Of a stretch of DNA of 64,000 nt, positions 1 to 14,500 are shown one piece after another. A model generated the notes under the pieces. That model was given only the letters and a program-made list of their open reading frames with translations. It was not told where the DNA came from and did no database searches. The translations under genes were made by a program, and so were the position numbers. The stretch's first letter is position 1; each line of letters opens with the position of its first letter. Source of the DNA: Octopus bimaculoides (lineage: Eukaryota). The stretch covers positions 54,684,159-54,748,158 of the forward strand of contig NC_068998.1 in the NCBI RefSeq assembly GCF_001194135.2. Direction: 5' to 3'.

Positions 1-1058
1 AATATGTGGTTACTGCGATGGGGAGAGAGAGAGAAGATAATGGTGACCCAAATGGTCAAATTGACATTTATCTGTACTAGAAACAGAATTCCATTTGGAA
101 GACAGAACTTTGGTTCCATTGAAGAGAATTTTACTAATGGATGTTGTAATGTCGACCTGTAGAAGATGGTAGCCCAAATAGGCTGCGGCTGTTCTGTTGA
201 TGAGTATTGCAGTGTTCTCTACCAAATGTGTTGAGTGATCTTTCAATTTAACAAAATTGTTTTATATTTGTAACATAAAAACAAACATTAATGTGTGGGT
301 GTGTGTGTGCCTCTGTTTGATCCGCCACCCCACCACTTGACAACCAGTGTTGCTTTGTGGTCTTCATAACTTAGCAGTTTGGCAAAAGAGGCCAATAGAA
401 TAAGTACCAGATTTACAAAATAAGTCCTGGGGTTGATGTGTTCAGCTAAACCCTTCAAGGCAGTACCCCAGCATGGCCGCTGTCCAATGACTGAAACAAG
501 TGAAAGATAGAATTAAATCCTCCATTTACTTCTGATATTTTTCCATGTTTTATTGATATTGGAGATGGGGTTACGGATAAAGTTAATTTCAGTTTGGATT
601 GGAGCTTCGGATATCAAGAGAAGGGACACAACATTTCCCCTCCCCTTAATCTGACGTTCGGTTGATTTTTATCCAGCAGCCTCATCTATGTGATAATACA
701 ATGTTTAAAGAATTTTAATGTTTTGCAGCTGTTCAACTGCCAACATGGCTGTTGGTTTGTGCTTTGCGGATCAATAAGTTGCTAACCCTTCTTCAATGTG
801 TTGCTAACCCCATCAGCTAGCTACATGTTGCCTTATTTGGACTTGTTGTTGCAGTGGTACTTTTAATGCACAGAACTGAAGTACTAGTGTCATGACATTG
901 GAGACATCCATCTAGAATTGAATTTACCCTCCCCAGTTTTTTTCTTATTTCACAATTTCATTCAACTGATTCCTTTCTAAGCTTGAATAAGCAGTTTGGA
1001 AACTATATTAAACTAACAAATAGACATGGAGGCTATGCACATGTATATCTGCATGTGT

Positions 1059-1089
<31 letters not shown>

Positions 1090-1274
1090 GTATTTCTTGA
1101 ATATCATTGATTATTTGTTTTCTGTATAACAGATCTTGAAAATGAAATGTAAGCTATGAAGAATGGAAGTATTCTGGAATAATGCTGATTCTTGAAGTAG
1201 TCTTTGATAATAAACTGCCAGGTTTGAAGATGCTAGTAGTTATTTGAAGAACCATTTTATCATGAAAAGAGGTC

Positions 1275-1315
<41 letters not shown>

Positions 1316-2279
1316 CTACACACATACATAAACAAACACACACACACTCACATACATGTAAGGAAATTGCTTTATGTCTATACTGTTAGCAATTTCTTTG
1401 TAGGATCACAAGTGTGTTTGATTATACTGTGAAATAATTTGCAAGTGAAATTGTACCACATAAAACTTTACTTGAAAAGAATGTGTATAGGAATGATAGC
1501 AGTGTGTGTGTGCATGCACATTCACACACACGCACACACACACACACTTGCTCAATAAAACATAACAACTATATTGAAGAACATAACACACTGTTTGGTG
1601 GATAAATGAATGGAGGAAGCTGTTTACCTAACTCGTGATAGAACAAGTGTTTTTATTTAATTTCTCTTCTGCCAAAGAGTTTCATGTTGGCAACACTAAA
1701 TGCCTGTGTAGCATTTAGTTCAGCTGCTTAACTTTACAAGTTAAAATCCTTCCAGTATTGATTTTTCAGGGGTTGATTCGGTCAGATTAAGCCCCTACCC
1801 AACAATTTTCGGCAGCTTTCCACTTGTTTTCCATTTTTTTGTTTTTAGTAGTAAAATGGTGTGGTGTGGTGGCTTGTATGCCTCAGTGACCCAGAGAGCT
1901 ATACTACTAGAATACAAGCTCCTTATAGGGCCTCCCATGCTGGACAAGTCAAAGGATAATATGGACCTCCTCTTCCCAGAGGTAAAAATGGTTTGAGTAG
2001 GGGCCAATACTCCATCCTAGGAAAAAAGCAAATTTAAAGAAGCATCAAAGACAACTGAAAACCAACAAAACCTGGGAGAGGAAGATATATAAGGTTTAAT
2101 AATTGTGATTGTTGTATAAAATGTGTTGTGTTGAATTAATTTTGAGCCTAACATATATTTTGTAATTTGTTGTAGGAAAAAGTGAAGCTATTCTCTGGTG
2201 TCTTACAATGCTAACTGTGCAACTGTTTAACATAAATATATGAGAAAGAAACATTTAAGAGTGAGGCTGATCAGTGACC

Positions 2280-2748
2280 ATGCGATTTCATCATGTGCAT
2301 GGATCAGCTGTCACTTTGTCCAACAATCGGCTACATGCCAACCGAGATGAAAAGCACTTCTGTGATGGTATTGTATTTGGTGACCAACCTCTGAAAATTG
2401 GTGTTCGGATTTCTCTCCAGATGACTTGCATTACGACTTGGAAAGGGGCTTTACGAATAGGAGTTACATCTAATGACCCACAGTGTTTTCTTGAACAACA
2501 CACATTACCACGTTACCTTTATCCTGATCTTGTTAAACAGGAAGGATATTGGGCACGTTTAGTGAACGAAAAGTTTGCTGTTTCTTATCACATCATAACA
2601 TTTTATGTGAATTCCATGGGAGAGCTTCAACTGTTTGTCAACAATCACTACATCGGTGTTCTGCTGAATGGAATTCCAACACACCTCCAATTGTGGTTCC
2701 TGCTTGACCTTTATGGAAATACATCAGCTGTCAAATTGGTTATTACAG
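2280..2748 (+). CDS. Coding exon 1: Neuralized homology repeat (NHR) domain
   Basis: ATG at 2280 (accATG) with in-frame TGA at 2268; acceptor tgtag|2176 gives a 5' UTR part 2176-2279. Reads MRFHHVHGSAVTLS...GIVFGDQPL...WKGALRIGVTSNDP...LPRYLYPDL...GYWARL...LWFLLDLYGNTSAVKL, matching the NHR pattern FH..HG..+.L / G+VF...PL / W.G.LR.G.T..DP / LW.++D+YG.+..+.+. Donor G|gtaatt, phase 1. Confidence 0.92.
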
Positions 2749-5084
2749 GTAATTAATTTTCATTTTCTGACTGCACAAATAAAAATTTACTATATTTATT
2801 GGTCTATAAAATGTGTGTTTTTTTAAATTTTATTTTAAATGTATCAGAAGAACTGTCCTGCATCTATTGCAGGCCCATTACGAATGGGAGACTGGGTGTT
2901 GTAGGGTAGGGAGATGAATGAGCATAAATCTATGAGGCACAATAATTATTACTAATTATAAAATATTGCTTAACAAACCAAATTACCACAAAATGTTAAC
3001 TCAAACTAACAAAAAATTGCTTACAGTATGCTGGATGTTATGTGGGGAAGTCACTTCATCTCGTTATACCTTCTTGCCCAGCATACATGCATATTGTTAA
3101 TAATTCTTGATGCTTCAAATAGTCTACTCTTATTGGAAGAAAAGGACAAAATTGATAGTTTGTAATTATTTGCAGTTGAACAACATTTATTGCATGCAAA
3201 CAATTGTAATATTTGGTCAGTGTTGCTATGAAATTATTCACTAGTTGAAGAATTTATATACATAGATCTGTAATAAAACTCAATGTTTTACATCAATCAT
3301 ACTCCATACTCTTAAATAAATTAAAAAACACCAATAAATAATTTGTTTTTCTCTGTATATTGATAATTTAGGCATTACAGGATTAAGCCTGTGTACCATG
3401 TATGATGCTGCATCTCAGTGACACATGGACAGAACAAGCAGATGATGTGCTGAAAGCTAAGTACGGAGTGATGTTTGTCTATATGATGGTGTATATTGAT
3501 AGGTTGTCTGCCCAGCAAAAAGATTACACAGAATGAAGATGAGTGAAGAAGAGATGCTATTGAGGGTAGACTTATCCAGCTAGTCTGGAAAATAGGCATA
3601 AAACTGGTGATGAGAGTAGTGGCTGGATGACAAGCAAGGGGTTGTTGTTTGTGTTTAGCCTGGGTCAATCTTTATGGCGCAGACCTCTTATTCAAGGCGT
3701 TAGCCATCTTGTTTTCCAATTTGCAGATATGCCGTATTTTTGACTACATTTTCCAATGTTTTTCCTTCTTTAAAGATTATAAAGACAATAGGATGTGATT
3801 TGAGAGAGATTTTGCTCTTACTTCTAGCAAATTGTATTAGAATTATTCTTCTAGAAAAGGAGTTCCCTCAACTTCAATATTAGTGGTGGTGAGGATAACG
3901 ATGATGGTGGTCAGTGTTGCAACTGTTTCCTGAAGTTTGTGCTAATAGGATTTTGTTATATTTTTAATTATTTCCTATATTTTTTAAAGTATTGTTCAAC
4001 AGTTGCTATGAGTAAAGCTCGGTGAAAATGCTGGGTTCCACCAGCTGTTTTGCTTTCGATAAACTTTAATGAACAAATTGTTCATGGTATCCCAGTGACT
4101 CAACAGGTTAACATCACTGTTTAATTAATCATTAATTCATTATGATGAAATCAGTTCTTTAACCCAATCTCTTCTTTGAAAATTTGTTTTCAATAAAACT
4201 AGTAATTTAAATTCTTTTTTTTTTAACCTGCAACTTCCGGTGAATTGTTAAACGATAATAAAATAATCTGTGTGTTTTTAACAAAGCAATTATGAAAAAA
4301 CAAATAATTTTAATGTTGCCTCTTAGTTTAATTTATTATTCTTTAAAATTTAATTGCTCAAGTTAATCTAAATATTCTTTTCAAGAAATTACTTGTTTTT
4401 CACCTGAATGTTCTAAAAATCTAATTTATCATCGATTTGATTTATAAGCATAATTGTCAGTAAAGTTTGTAAAACCAAAAATTAAAAAATTTTGGTCTTA
4501 CTAATTATTGAGGATAGATCGTTAATATTTTGTTTACCATTAACGAAGGATTACCCTGATAAAAAAGTCCAGAGTAATAAATACTAGCTTCTCATCTTTT
4601 TACCAAATTGAGCTAAATGGTAGAGTCTTTATGTAGTCACTCAGCATGCTAGAAATAGCAGCCAAATCACACTTGAAAAAGAAAGGGCAAGTAAAGGGAA
4701 GGCACATCAGATAATATAGTCTTCCATATTATGTGAAATTGCAATTATAATATCTCTGATCATAGCCCTGCCTGATCTAAACTGGTCTGGTGTGAAACAG
4801 TGACAAAAATGGCAAAAAGTAGAAAACACTGAGGTAGATTAATGTTGAAGGCTGGTGAAAGAGAGTAACAGTAGGACCTACTCTCAGCTCAGTGAAGAAC
4901 TTGCCTTTATCATAGATGATGGTGATGATGATGATGGCCTTGCCACTGCTGATGCCAATGTATTTATTTTGTACAGCTGCTGGTCTGGTTGCCAGCCTGA
5001 TAGTCCGTTTCACACTACTGTATGTACAACATATTGAGATTATGTTATCACAGGTTTAGAAAATATTATCCGTAGTTAATGAAA

Positions 5085-5134
<50 letters not shown>

Positions 5135-5527
5135 NNNNNNNNNNNNNNNNNNNNNNNNNNNNNNNNNNNNNNNNNNNNNNNNNNNNNNNNNNNNNNNNNN
5201 NNNNNNNNNNNNNNNNNNNNNNNNNNNNNNNNNNNNNNNNNNNNNNNNNNNNNNNNNNNNNNNNNNNNNNNNNNNNNNNNNNNNNNNNNNNNNNNNNNNN
5301 NNNNNNNNNNNNNNNNNNNNNNNNNNNNNNNNNNNNNNNNNNNNNNNNNNNNNNNNNNNNNNNNNNNNNNNNNNNNNNNNNNNNNNNNNNNNNNNNNNNN
5401 NNNNNNNNNNNNNNNNNNNNNNNNNNNNNNNNNNNNNNNNNNNNNNNNNNNNNNNNNNNNNNNNNNNNNNNNNNNNNNNNNNNNNNNNNNNNNNNNNNNN
5501 NNNNNNNNNNNNNNNNNNNNNNNNNNN

Positions 5528-5559
<32 letters not shown>

Positions 5560-8500
5560 GATATATATATCACCATCATCATCATTTACTGTCCACTTGT
5601 CCATATTTGTTTACTCCCCAGACCTGCCTTGATTGAGCAGACTAGAGTCAAAAGCATTTCAGCCACAACTGCCTCATACTTTTTGCTCAGATTTACTATC
5701 TCTAGGGCCATATTCAATTTGCTTGTTTTTATGAAGATTTTGCTGCTGTTTTCAGTACAAATTATCAGCACATAGAAACTCCCCTGCCAGCTTGTGGCTC
5801 AGCCATTGGGTCACATGGCCCTGAGGCTTGGTCCAGTCACAGGCTTATAGATCCTCTTTGTTGTCTCAGCTATCTTGTTGTCCCCTTCCCCTCAAATGGT
5901 TCAGCCTCCTCCACTAAGTTTTTAAGAGCCATTTTTTTGAGTCTAGTTTTATAGGGTTAAGCAGATAAAAGACAAAATTCTTCCCCTGTAAAGAAAGCTG
6001 TTCTATATTTAAGGTAACTTTTCTGATCTGATGATCATTGCTCTTCAGATCATTTTGGTGTGTTAAATTTTACAGATAAAACCATCTTTTGTAGGAACAC
6101 AATAAAAAATCTTGTAGTTGTTTTGTATTGGTTGTTGGATTCTGTAAGCAGACCTCTTTCCGTTGCAAGCATTTGGACCAGTTTGAGGATAACGTTGTCT
6201 CTTCTTCCCATCAGCCTGGGAGGCCTTGAAAAAATACAAGGTCATAGAATCGATGGCAAATAAAATTTAGTTTAGTATCATATCTTGTCAGTCCTATCTC
6301 AAGTAGTAAGAGTAATGTAGCGGATATGACTGAGGGATTTACATCAAAAAATTATTACACAAGTTCAGAATAGAAGAGAAAGTAGTATTTAACTGGTGAC
6401 TGTAAACCAATACTAAAATGTACAAATGAATATTTATTTGGAAGGATCTGATTTCAATGTCTGTCCTTTTAATATTGCATTGTGACATAGGACGACATAC
6501 TTAACTGTCAATGATCATAAGTATAGCAGTGCAATGAATGATATGTTTCATTGCTGTTGGCAAAGAACTTTGAAATTGATGTGTATTTTGTTGTTTTGAC
6601 ATGTTACGTTTAATTCCTTCTGATAGGAAAAACTAGTTACAACAGACCATGTTGCTCTTCAGGGAGGTGTTCATCTCCCATCAACTAAATATTATTGGAG
6701 ACCAGAATTAAGTACCAGACCCTTTTATTCTTTTATCTTTTACTTGTTTCAGTCATTAGACTGGCCATCCTGGAGCACTGCCTTTAAGGGTTTCATTGAA
6801 CAAATCAATCTCAGTACTTATTTTTGGAATCTGGTACTTATTCTGTTGGGTTCCTGTTAAACTGCTGAGTCATGGGGATATAAACAAACTAACACCAGTT
6901 GTCATGTGGTAGTAAGACAAACACAAAGACTTCCCCTCCCCCCTACCAAATTCACTCACAAAGCATTGATTGATCTGAGGCTATAGTAGAAGACATATGC
7001 CCAAGGTGCCAAACAGTGGAACTGAACTGGAAGCCACATGGTTGGAAAGCAACCTTCTGAATCACTGTGATTTAGAAATGGTAGCAGTGGTGGTTTTTGT
7101 GTTGTTGGGTATGTTTTGTACAACTGTTTTACCTGAGATTTCTGTAATCTTCTAATTTTTGTTTCTATGATTATATTTTAGATGATACTCCTAAGGAAAT
7201 CTTTGTCCGAGGGGAGGCTGCTATCAAAGCCTACGAGAAGGCCTGCTGTTCAGGAAGTGAGGCTGTCTATCGTACACGGCTTATGTTGGTCGGTAAAGAC
7301 AGAGTCGGTAAAACTAGTCTCAAGCGTTCACTTCTGGGACAAAAGTAAGAGTTCAGATTTTTTCTTCTTATAATATTTCACCTGTAAAGCTTCCCTTAGA
7401 TTTGTTAGATTCTATGGTAGGAGTCATGTTCCTTCATGACCAAGGAAGGTATTTATCTGATGTTGGATGCCCTAATCGGAAGGGGTTGGGTGTAAAGTGG
7501 GCTGTTGCACACATATGTACCCAAAAGCCAATGGCAAGTTGAACTGAGGCAATTTATGGTGTGGGCATGAGAGAGAGAGTAAACTTACTCAGGGTTGTAC
7601 AATTAGGAAGTTTGGCTTTGTAGTCTTGTGGTTATGGAAACAGCTGAGCAAAAGGAGAGCATTCTACATGCTAAATACATATACGGTAGGCTCTCACAAA
7701 CATAAGATTGTGACTTAGAGAACTTTGAAACAACATTGTTAGGAAGTAAGTTTTCTTACCTGCTCCAATACCTTCTTACCTGCTCCAATACTTTCTTACC
7801 TGCTCCAATACCTTCTTACCTGCTCTTTCAATCATAGCTATGAATAAGATAAGAAGGTAAATGGAGTAAACCTAGATGAAATCTTGAAGGAATTAGGAGA
7901 TTAAACTACACCCTGTCTTATCTATATATGTATAAACAATACATGTATTCTTCTAACCCATGCTAGCATGGAGAACAGATGTAAAACAAATGAACTTTGT
8001 CCATTTGATTCACTATACTACACTCTAAATTGAGTGATCTGAAGTTAGTCTTAACAGTATACTAATAAGGTAGTAGACAATGTAGTATGGTAGACTAAAA
8101 GCATCATAATTAGTTTCCTCTTTCTGTAGATCTGAGTTGAAATCGCTTTCTCTTTTTCTCTCTGGGCTTTTCAGTCATTCTAATTAATAAAATAAGTAGC
8201 TGTAATATAGCAGGGTTGATTTGACTCTCATTAGCCATTTTTGAAAGCTGTCAACAGAAATCAACAATTAATCTTGTAATGTCTTGTGATTTGTTGTTTT
8301 TCACTTTGTTAAACTTGTGTCACTTGTTACATTGGGCTTAAGAAAGGAACACTTGTGCACACTTGTGTTTCTGCTATTTGCATATTCACACTTAGACAGA
8401 CTCACCTCTGTGCACACTCCCAGACAGCAGAGCTCTAATTGTATTTACATAGTTTTCTGATTGTTTGATTTCACTGAAATATATTAATAGGTTTTATTTG

Positions 8501-11500
8501 CCTCTAATTAAATACCTGGAAACACATTTAGATATTCATTAAGGAAACACTTAACAAGAAGAATAGCTATGTCTGTAAAAGCTGTGCTACATGACAAAAC
8601 TTTGGATTGATTTTCTCATTGATTTTTTTTTGTCCATTGTGCTCATAGAAACATTGGTGATTCTTCTTTAGATATATACATAAGACAGTCTGTACTTTAA
8701 TCTCTTAATTCCTTCAACATTTGATCTGGTTTTACCCCATTTACCTTCTTATCTTCTTCATAGCTATGATCGATTTGGCTTTTCAATATTAACTCGCCCC
8801 TGTAATACAACAAAAATACTGCATATGTTGAACTTTTAATAATCCAATCTTCATAATGGATATGACAAGATGGCTAATTAACTAATTTTCTATAATTACA
8901 TTTAAAGAGAAATGAAAAGATTAATGCCTTCATTGTGTCTGTGATAATAGCTACTTGAAAGGTCAGGCGCTAGACTTCAGCCTAACAAATAGGGGCCATT
9001 TTCTTTTCTTTTTTTTTTTGTGTTGTTGTCTCTTTACCAGTTACCACCTGTCAGACATTATCTACAAAAACAAAGGGAAAAATAGTGAAATTATATGCTA
9101 TTAAGAATCAAACAAATATGGACAAATGGAAAGGAATAAAACCAGTTCACCTTGGAAAGTAGGAAAGAGATATTTTCTTCTAAATTTGTTACTTTATTTG
9201 CTCTTATTAATAATAATCGTAAAAACATTAGGCTTGTTCATGGCAAACCATCTCTCAAGCTATACCTCTCAAAGAACTATACCAATTCCTATTTAAAATT
9301 GGCTTTGTGCCTTGTCCAAAATAAACAAAACAAAATAGAAAGAAAGTAAAAAAAAAAAGCAATCAGTCTTAATAAAAGAACCATTTATGACCTCTGGTTC
9401 TAGACATAACTATTTCACTGCACTTAAACCAATAATGGTCTAAGGGAAAGCAGGAATGTCATAAAATTTTGTCTCTTCCTTTGCTACTAAATTTATGGCT
9501 TTGTTCTGAAAGTAAGAAATCAATATTAATGAGAGAAAGGTGATAATTTGGCAGAAACAGTTGAGTGATTTAAAATATTTGGTTTGTTCATCGACGTTCT
9601 AAGTTGTTGTTGTTGTTAAACCTCTTTGGTGTCAACCCTGATCAAGTAATCCTGTGATGAAAACTATTCTATCTTTGACCATGCCATTCCTCCACCCCCA
9701 CCCCCCACCACCAGGTAGGGTCTAATCTCTTTCGCATTTAAAAAAAAAAGCTATGTTACAAGTTCACTTTGCAATGATGTTGTTTAGGGTTCAGTTCCAC
9801 TGCATGGCATTTTGGGTAAGCGTCTTCCACTATAGCCTTAGGCTGACCAATAACTCATGAATTTGGTAGACAGAAACTGTGTGGAAGCTTGTATATGTGT
9901 GTTTGAGTGTATGCTTGTCTTTGTCCTTCTACCATCACTTGACAACGATGTTGGTTTGTTTACATTCCCATAACTCTGGTTCAACAAAAGAAACTAATAA
10001 AATAAGTATCAGACTTTAAAGAATAAATGCTGGGGTTGATTTGTTTGACTAAACCTTTCAATGAGGTGCCCCAGCATGGCCACAGCCCAATGACTGAAAC
10101 AAATGAAAGAAACAAGATAAAACTATTTACTTACCTTATTTTATTAATCTACCTTAATTTACTTACCTTGTTTCATTAATCTACCTTAATTTACTTACCC
10201 TGTTTCATTAATCTCCTTCTGTATTCAACAAAATTCTGAATCACTTTCCCAAGACACTGAGACATTATCATGAATTTCCTAAAGTCGTTCAGTATATTTT
10301 TAACACTGCATACGAAGCTGTTCTTTGTGCAACACCTTTTGAGAAACACTGATCTACATTTAGAGTTCCATTGCAGACTATCTTCGTCTTTCATCTCTTT
10401 GAGGTTGATGTCTTCTATTGATTTCTTTTATTTCCATTGGCACAAGGCCAGACGTTTGGAAGTACAAGATAATAATCAATCAGACTTGACCACTCTCTGT
10501 GCCATGTGTTTAGAAGAAAGAAATAAGACAAGTTCTGCCAAATGTTCAAAGATGAAACTAAATACTCTTGTGGTATCTCAGACACTGCACTGTCTTTAAG
10601 ATATTAATTTTAATGTCTTGGGTGGATGGGTGGGTGGATGTTATCCAGAGCAGTATTTTTCCTTTTCTTAACATTTTACTTGTGGCCGCATTGGACTGTG
10701 GCCTTAATTTGGTCAAGCAAATCAGCCCCAGTGATTATATTTTAAGTCTGGTATGTATTCTGTTGGTTTCCTTTGCCAAATTGCTGGGGTGGTGGAGCAC
10801 ACAAAACACTAACGCACACACATACATAGATATATCATACATACATACATACACACATACATAGATATATCATCACCTTCATCATCATCATCATCATCGT
10901 TTAATGTCCATTTTCCATGCTGGCATGGGTTGGCCAGTTTGATAGAAATTGAGGAACTGGGTGGGGATGGGGGTGGGTTGCACCAAGGTCCAATCTCTGC
11001 CTTGGCCACACTTTCTCCAGCTGGCTGTCATTCCTGATGCCAGCCAGTGTGCTCTGGATGTAGTAGCAGTACTAGTGAGGTCACCGAGTACTTTCAAGGC
11101 CAGACCCTTCAAACTGAATGAAGTCTTATATTTAAAGGACGGGAGGAGGAATCTGTATGAAGAGGTGAATACATGGTTTCCTGGCTGGAAAGTGAGAGAG
11201 ATATAGTGTGGACTACCCTCAAAGTGAATAGGGATAGGGGAACTGAAAAAGAGGGTGGGTAGGTAAGTGTGTTAGAGTGAAAAGAATGTAGCAGGGCTAT
11301 AACAGAAGACACTTGTCAATGTGCTGCACAGTGGGACTGAACCTGAAACTATGTGGTTAGAAAATTAAGCTTGTGTTTACTCAGGCCCCCATGTGTCTAG
11401 GGGTCCAGTGCTGATGCATGTATGCTACGTTTGTGTATGTAGTGGCCCCTGTGCATTGCTTTGCTCAGGGCCTATAATGCTGTTGTTACTGTGCTGATTT

Positions 11501-14500
11501 GGGGGTGAGGAACTTGGAGCTGAAGATACAGCTTCAGGTAAAGCTTTGAAACCTGTAATTGCTGTCTTCTGAAAGAAGTCTGGATTTTGTATTAAAAATC
11601 TAATTTTTGCTGATTACATAGTGTTTTTATTTATTCTAATGTTCTTAAATTGTCACAAAAATACCTGTAAAAATAAATTTATGTTTTAATTTCCAATTTG
11701 AATATTCATAATTACATTTTCACAATAAATGTAATTACATTTTCCCATATATTTGCTAAAATGTTCGTTAATGCTGGTTTATTAAATTACACTTAATTCA
11801 ATTCAAACTTGAAATGTAAGACAATTAGCCAGCCGTGGGGGTAGTTGATTAAAATCTCCTCTTGAGTACTTGGCTGATATTTCATTTTATCAACCTTAGG
11901 AAGACGAAAGACAAAGATGAGTTCAGCTGGATTTGAAATCAGAATGTGAAGAGCTGGAACTGTCACAAGACATTTTGTCTGGTACTCCAACAATTCTACA
12001 GATCCACTGCCTTTTTTTTTTTAAGAAACTAATGATATTCATTTCTAACTTTGTTGTGAAGCCCCAAATGTGTAGCTTGGAGTAGAACTGATTAAATTAA
12101 TCACATAGTATGCTGCTGGTAATTAATTTGTTATAATTAACCTCAGAGTCTTGATAATGAAAGACAAAGTTGTTGTTATTGTTTGGCCTCAAGTCAGCCC
12201 TGTTTCATCTGACTTATGATCAGATTTATCCCAAACATGACCACTCCATTTATGTAGAGGGCTCATAATTGAGTCAGTGACTGTGCTCCTGTACCACTAA
12301 ATTTAGCCACACTTAAGACATTCTCACCTTCCCCCTCTCCTCTCTTTCTTACTAGCACCCCATACAATCTCCTGCCCCCCTTTTATTGATCTGTCTTCTT
12401 TATTCATCTGTCAGCATCTTCTTTATAATTCCTTTATGACTGACCATGATTTACTCTATACTGCTTCCATCTCTCTATTGATTACCCACAACATTGCTGT
12501 CTTTTTAATCTCTCCCATTTAATCTCTTCTTCATTAGACATTGGCATCCCTTCAATCTAACCTACTTCTCTGTTTTCATTGCCATTTTTATCCTCCTTCT
12601 TTTTTCTTTCTTTAATGTTGTTAACTGATGTCTTTTAATTACTACCTCTTCCGACCATCAACCCCCACCCTTCTCCCTCCATCCCATTTCACTTTAACCC
12701 CACTGAACCTTTCTCTTTTCTTTCCCTATTGAACTTATATTCATAAATACTGTTTTCTGATCAGGGTAACATGATCTTGCTTCAGATCTTACCGAATCAT
12801 GCTAATCCAGACACCTACAATGTTATTACATAATATACATAGTTATGGCACCAGTCATTGTTCATCCGAAACAGCTGTAAAGATAACACTTGATTGTAGT
12901 GTTCACTTATTTCTGTATGCAACCCACCATGTAAATACACTCTTGATGCCTACTTTTGTTTATCACCTTTCCTGCTTTCATCCATACACATACACACAAC
13001 ATCATCATCATCATCATCATCATCATCTTTCCTAGCTCACGTGGATTGAATGGCTTGACAAAATGCAATGGGTTTGGAGGGGCATACTTTGTGTGTGTGT
13101 ACATGTTTGTCTCTCACTACTGGGTAACCAATATGGGTTTGTTTGTGTCCCCTGTAACCTAGCAGAATATCAAAAAGAGACTGATGGAATAAATATCAGC
13201 AAAACACATTTCAATCCACTATGGTGTTGCCATCCGGTTTCACCAGTCCTCAGTCAAATCGTCCAACCCATGCTAGCATGGAAAGCGGACGTTAAACGAT
13301 GATGATGATGATGATGATGATGTACCTTTTCAAAAAAGTGTGTGACCTTGTTTACCCTCACCACCCCCACCACCACCACCCCTTCCCATGCCATGTGTTC
13401 CCCTTCAGACATTAACCAACAAGGTGATCATGTTGGACGCCAACCTCATTAATCTCAATAGTCTGTGACAACCGGTAGAGGTCATGGCTGCTATAGCACA
13501 GATAACAACAGCAACAGCAACAAACAAAGACAGAAATCAATATCAATGACACAAGTTGTTCTCTGTAAAATTTTTCCAGACATTTCAACTTCAGCCATTT
13601 ATTTCAAAATTGCAAAAATCTTTGAGACATTATTTTATATAAATTATTTTGTGTACTGTCTTCACAAAAAGCTTTTTCCTAATAATTGTGTGTGTGTGTG
13701 TATCGGTGGCACATAAAAAGCACCATTTGAGTGTGGTCATTGCCAGTGTCGCCTTACTGGCACATGTGTCGGTGGTATGTGGAAAACAACATTTAAGCTT
13801 GGTCGGTGCCAGTGCCGCTGGACTGGCTCCCGTGCAGGTAGCACGTAAAAAACACTTTGAGAGCGTGGTTGTTACCAGAACTGCCTGACTGGCCATCATG
13901 CCGGTGGCATGTAAAAGCACCCACTACACTCTTGGAGTGGTTGGCGTTAGGAAGGGCTTCCAGCTGTAGTAACATTGCCAGATCAGATTGGAGCCTGGTG
14001 CAGCTTTCTGGCTCGCCAGTCCTGAGTCAAACCATCCAACCCATGCCAGCATGGAAAGCGGATATTAAACGACGATGATGATGATATATATGTTTGTCCT
14101 GGCATCCGCAATTTGGAGTTTTATCATGGCTACCGAATAATTGTCACATGGTATCTGGGTTGAGTGGATTCAGCAGATGGAAATTGGAAGAAGTTCTTCA
14201 TCTGTGTGTGTATGTACGTGTGCATGCGTGTGTGTGTGTGTGCACTAGAGTTGTAAAGAAATGTCACCATTATGCAAACAGTGTCCTTCATTTCCATTTT
14301 TCTCTGGAAACTTCTCTGGTCATGGAGGAATACTACTTAGGTAAGATTTGAACTTATGATGATGATAATGATGATGAAACGATCATAAGTTCAAATCTTA
14401 CCACAAGAGCCAGGCACCAGTTCAACTTGTTCAAGTTTGTTTAACCAGAGAGGAAAAAAAAATGAAAAAAGGAGCAGGTTCCAGTTCCACTTTACACCTA

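Noticed and set aside
10-246. Minus-strand 78-aa ORF at window start
   Set aside because: No recognisable domain and no convincing donor site.
3372-4110. Candidate extra exons after the NHR exon (acceptors at 3371, 3726, ~3989/4002)
   Set aside because: Each hits a stop within a few codons in the required phase; exon 1 joins exon 2 directly in frame.
5056-5636. Long ORFs spanning N runs (also 15583-15965, 19727-20851, 51483-52337, 57866-58811, 62637-63293)
   Set aside because: Artefacts of assembly gaps and microsatellites.
10215-10570. Possible LINE endonuclease remnant on the minus strand (SLIDYYLV)
   Set aside because: One short motif only; insufficient for a call.
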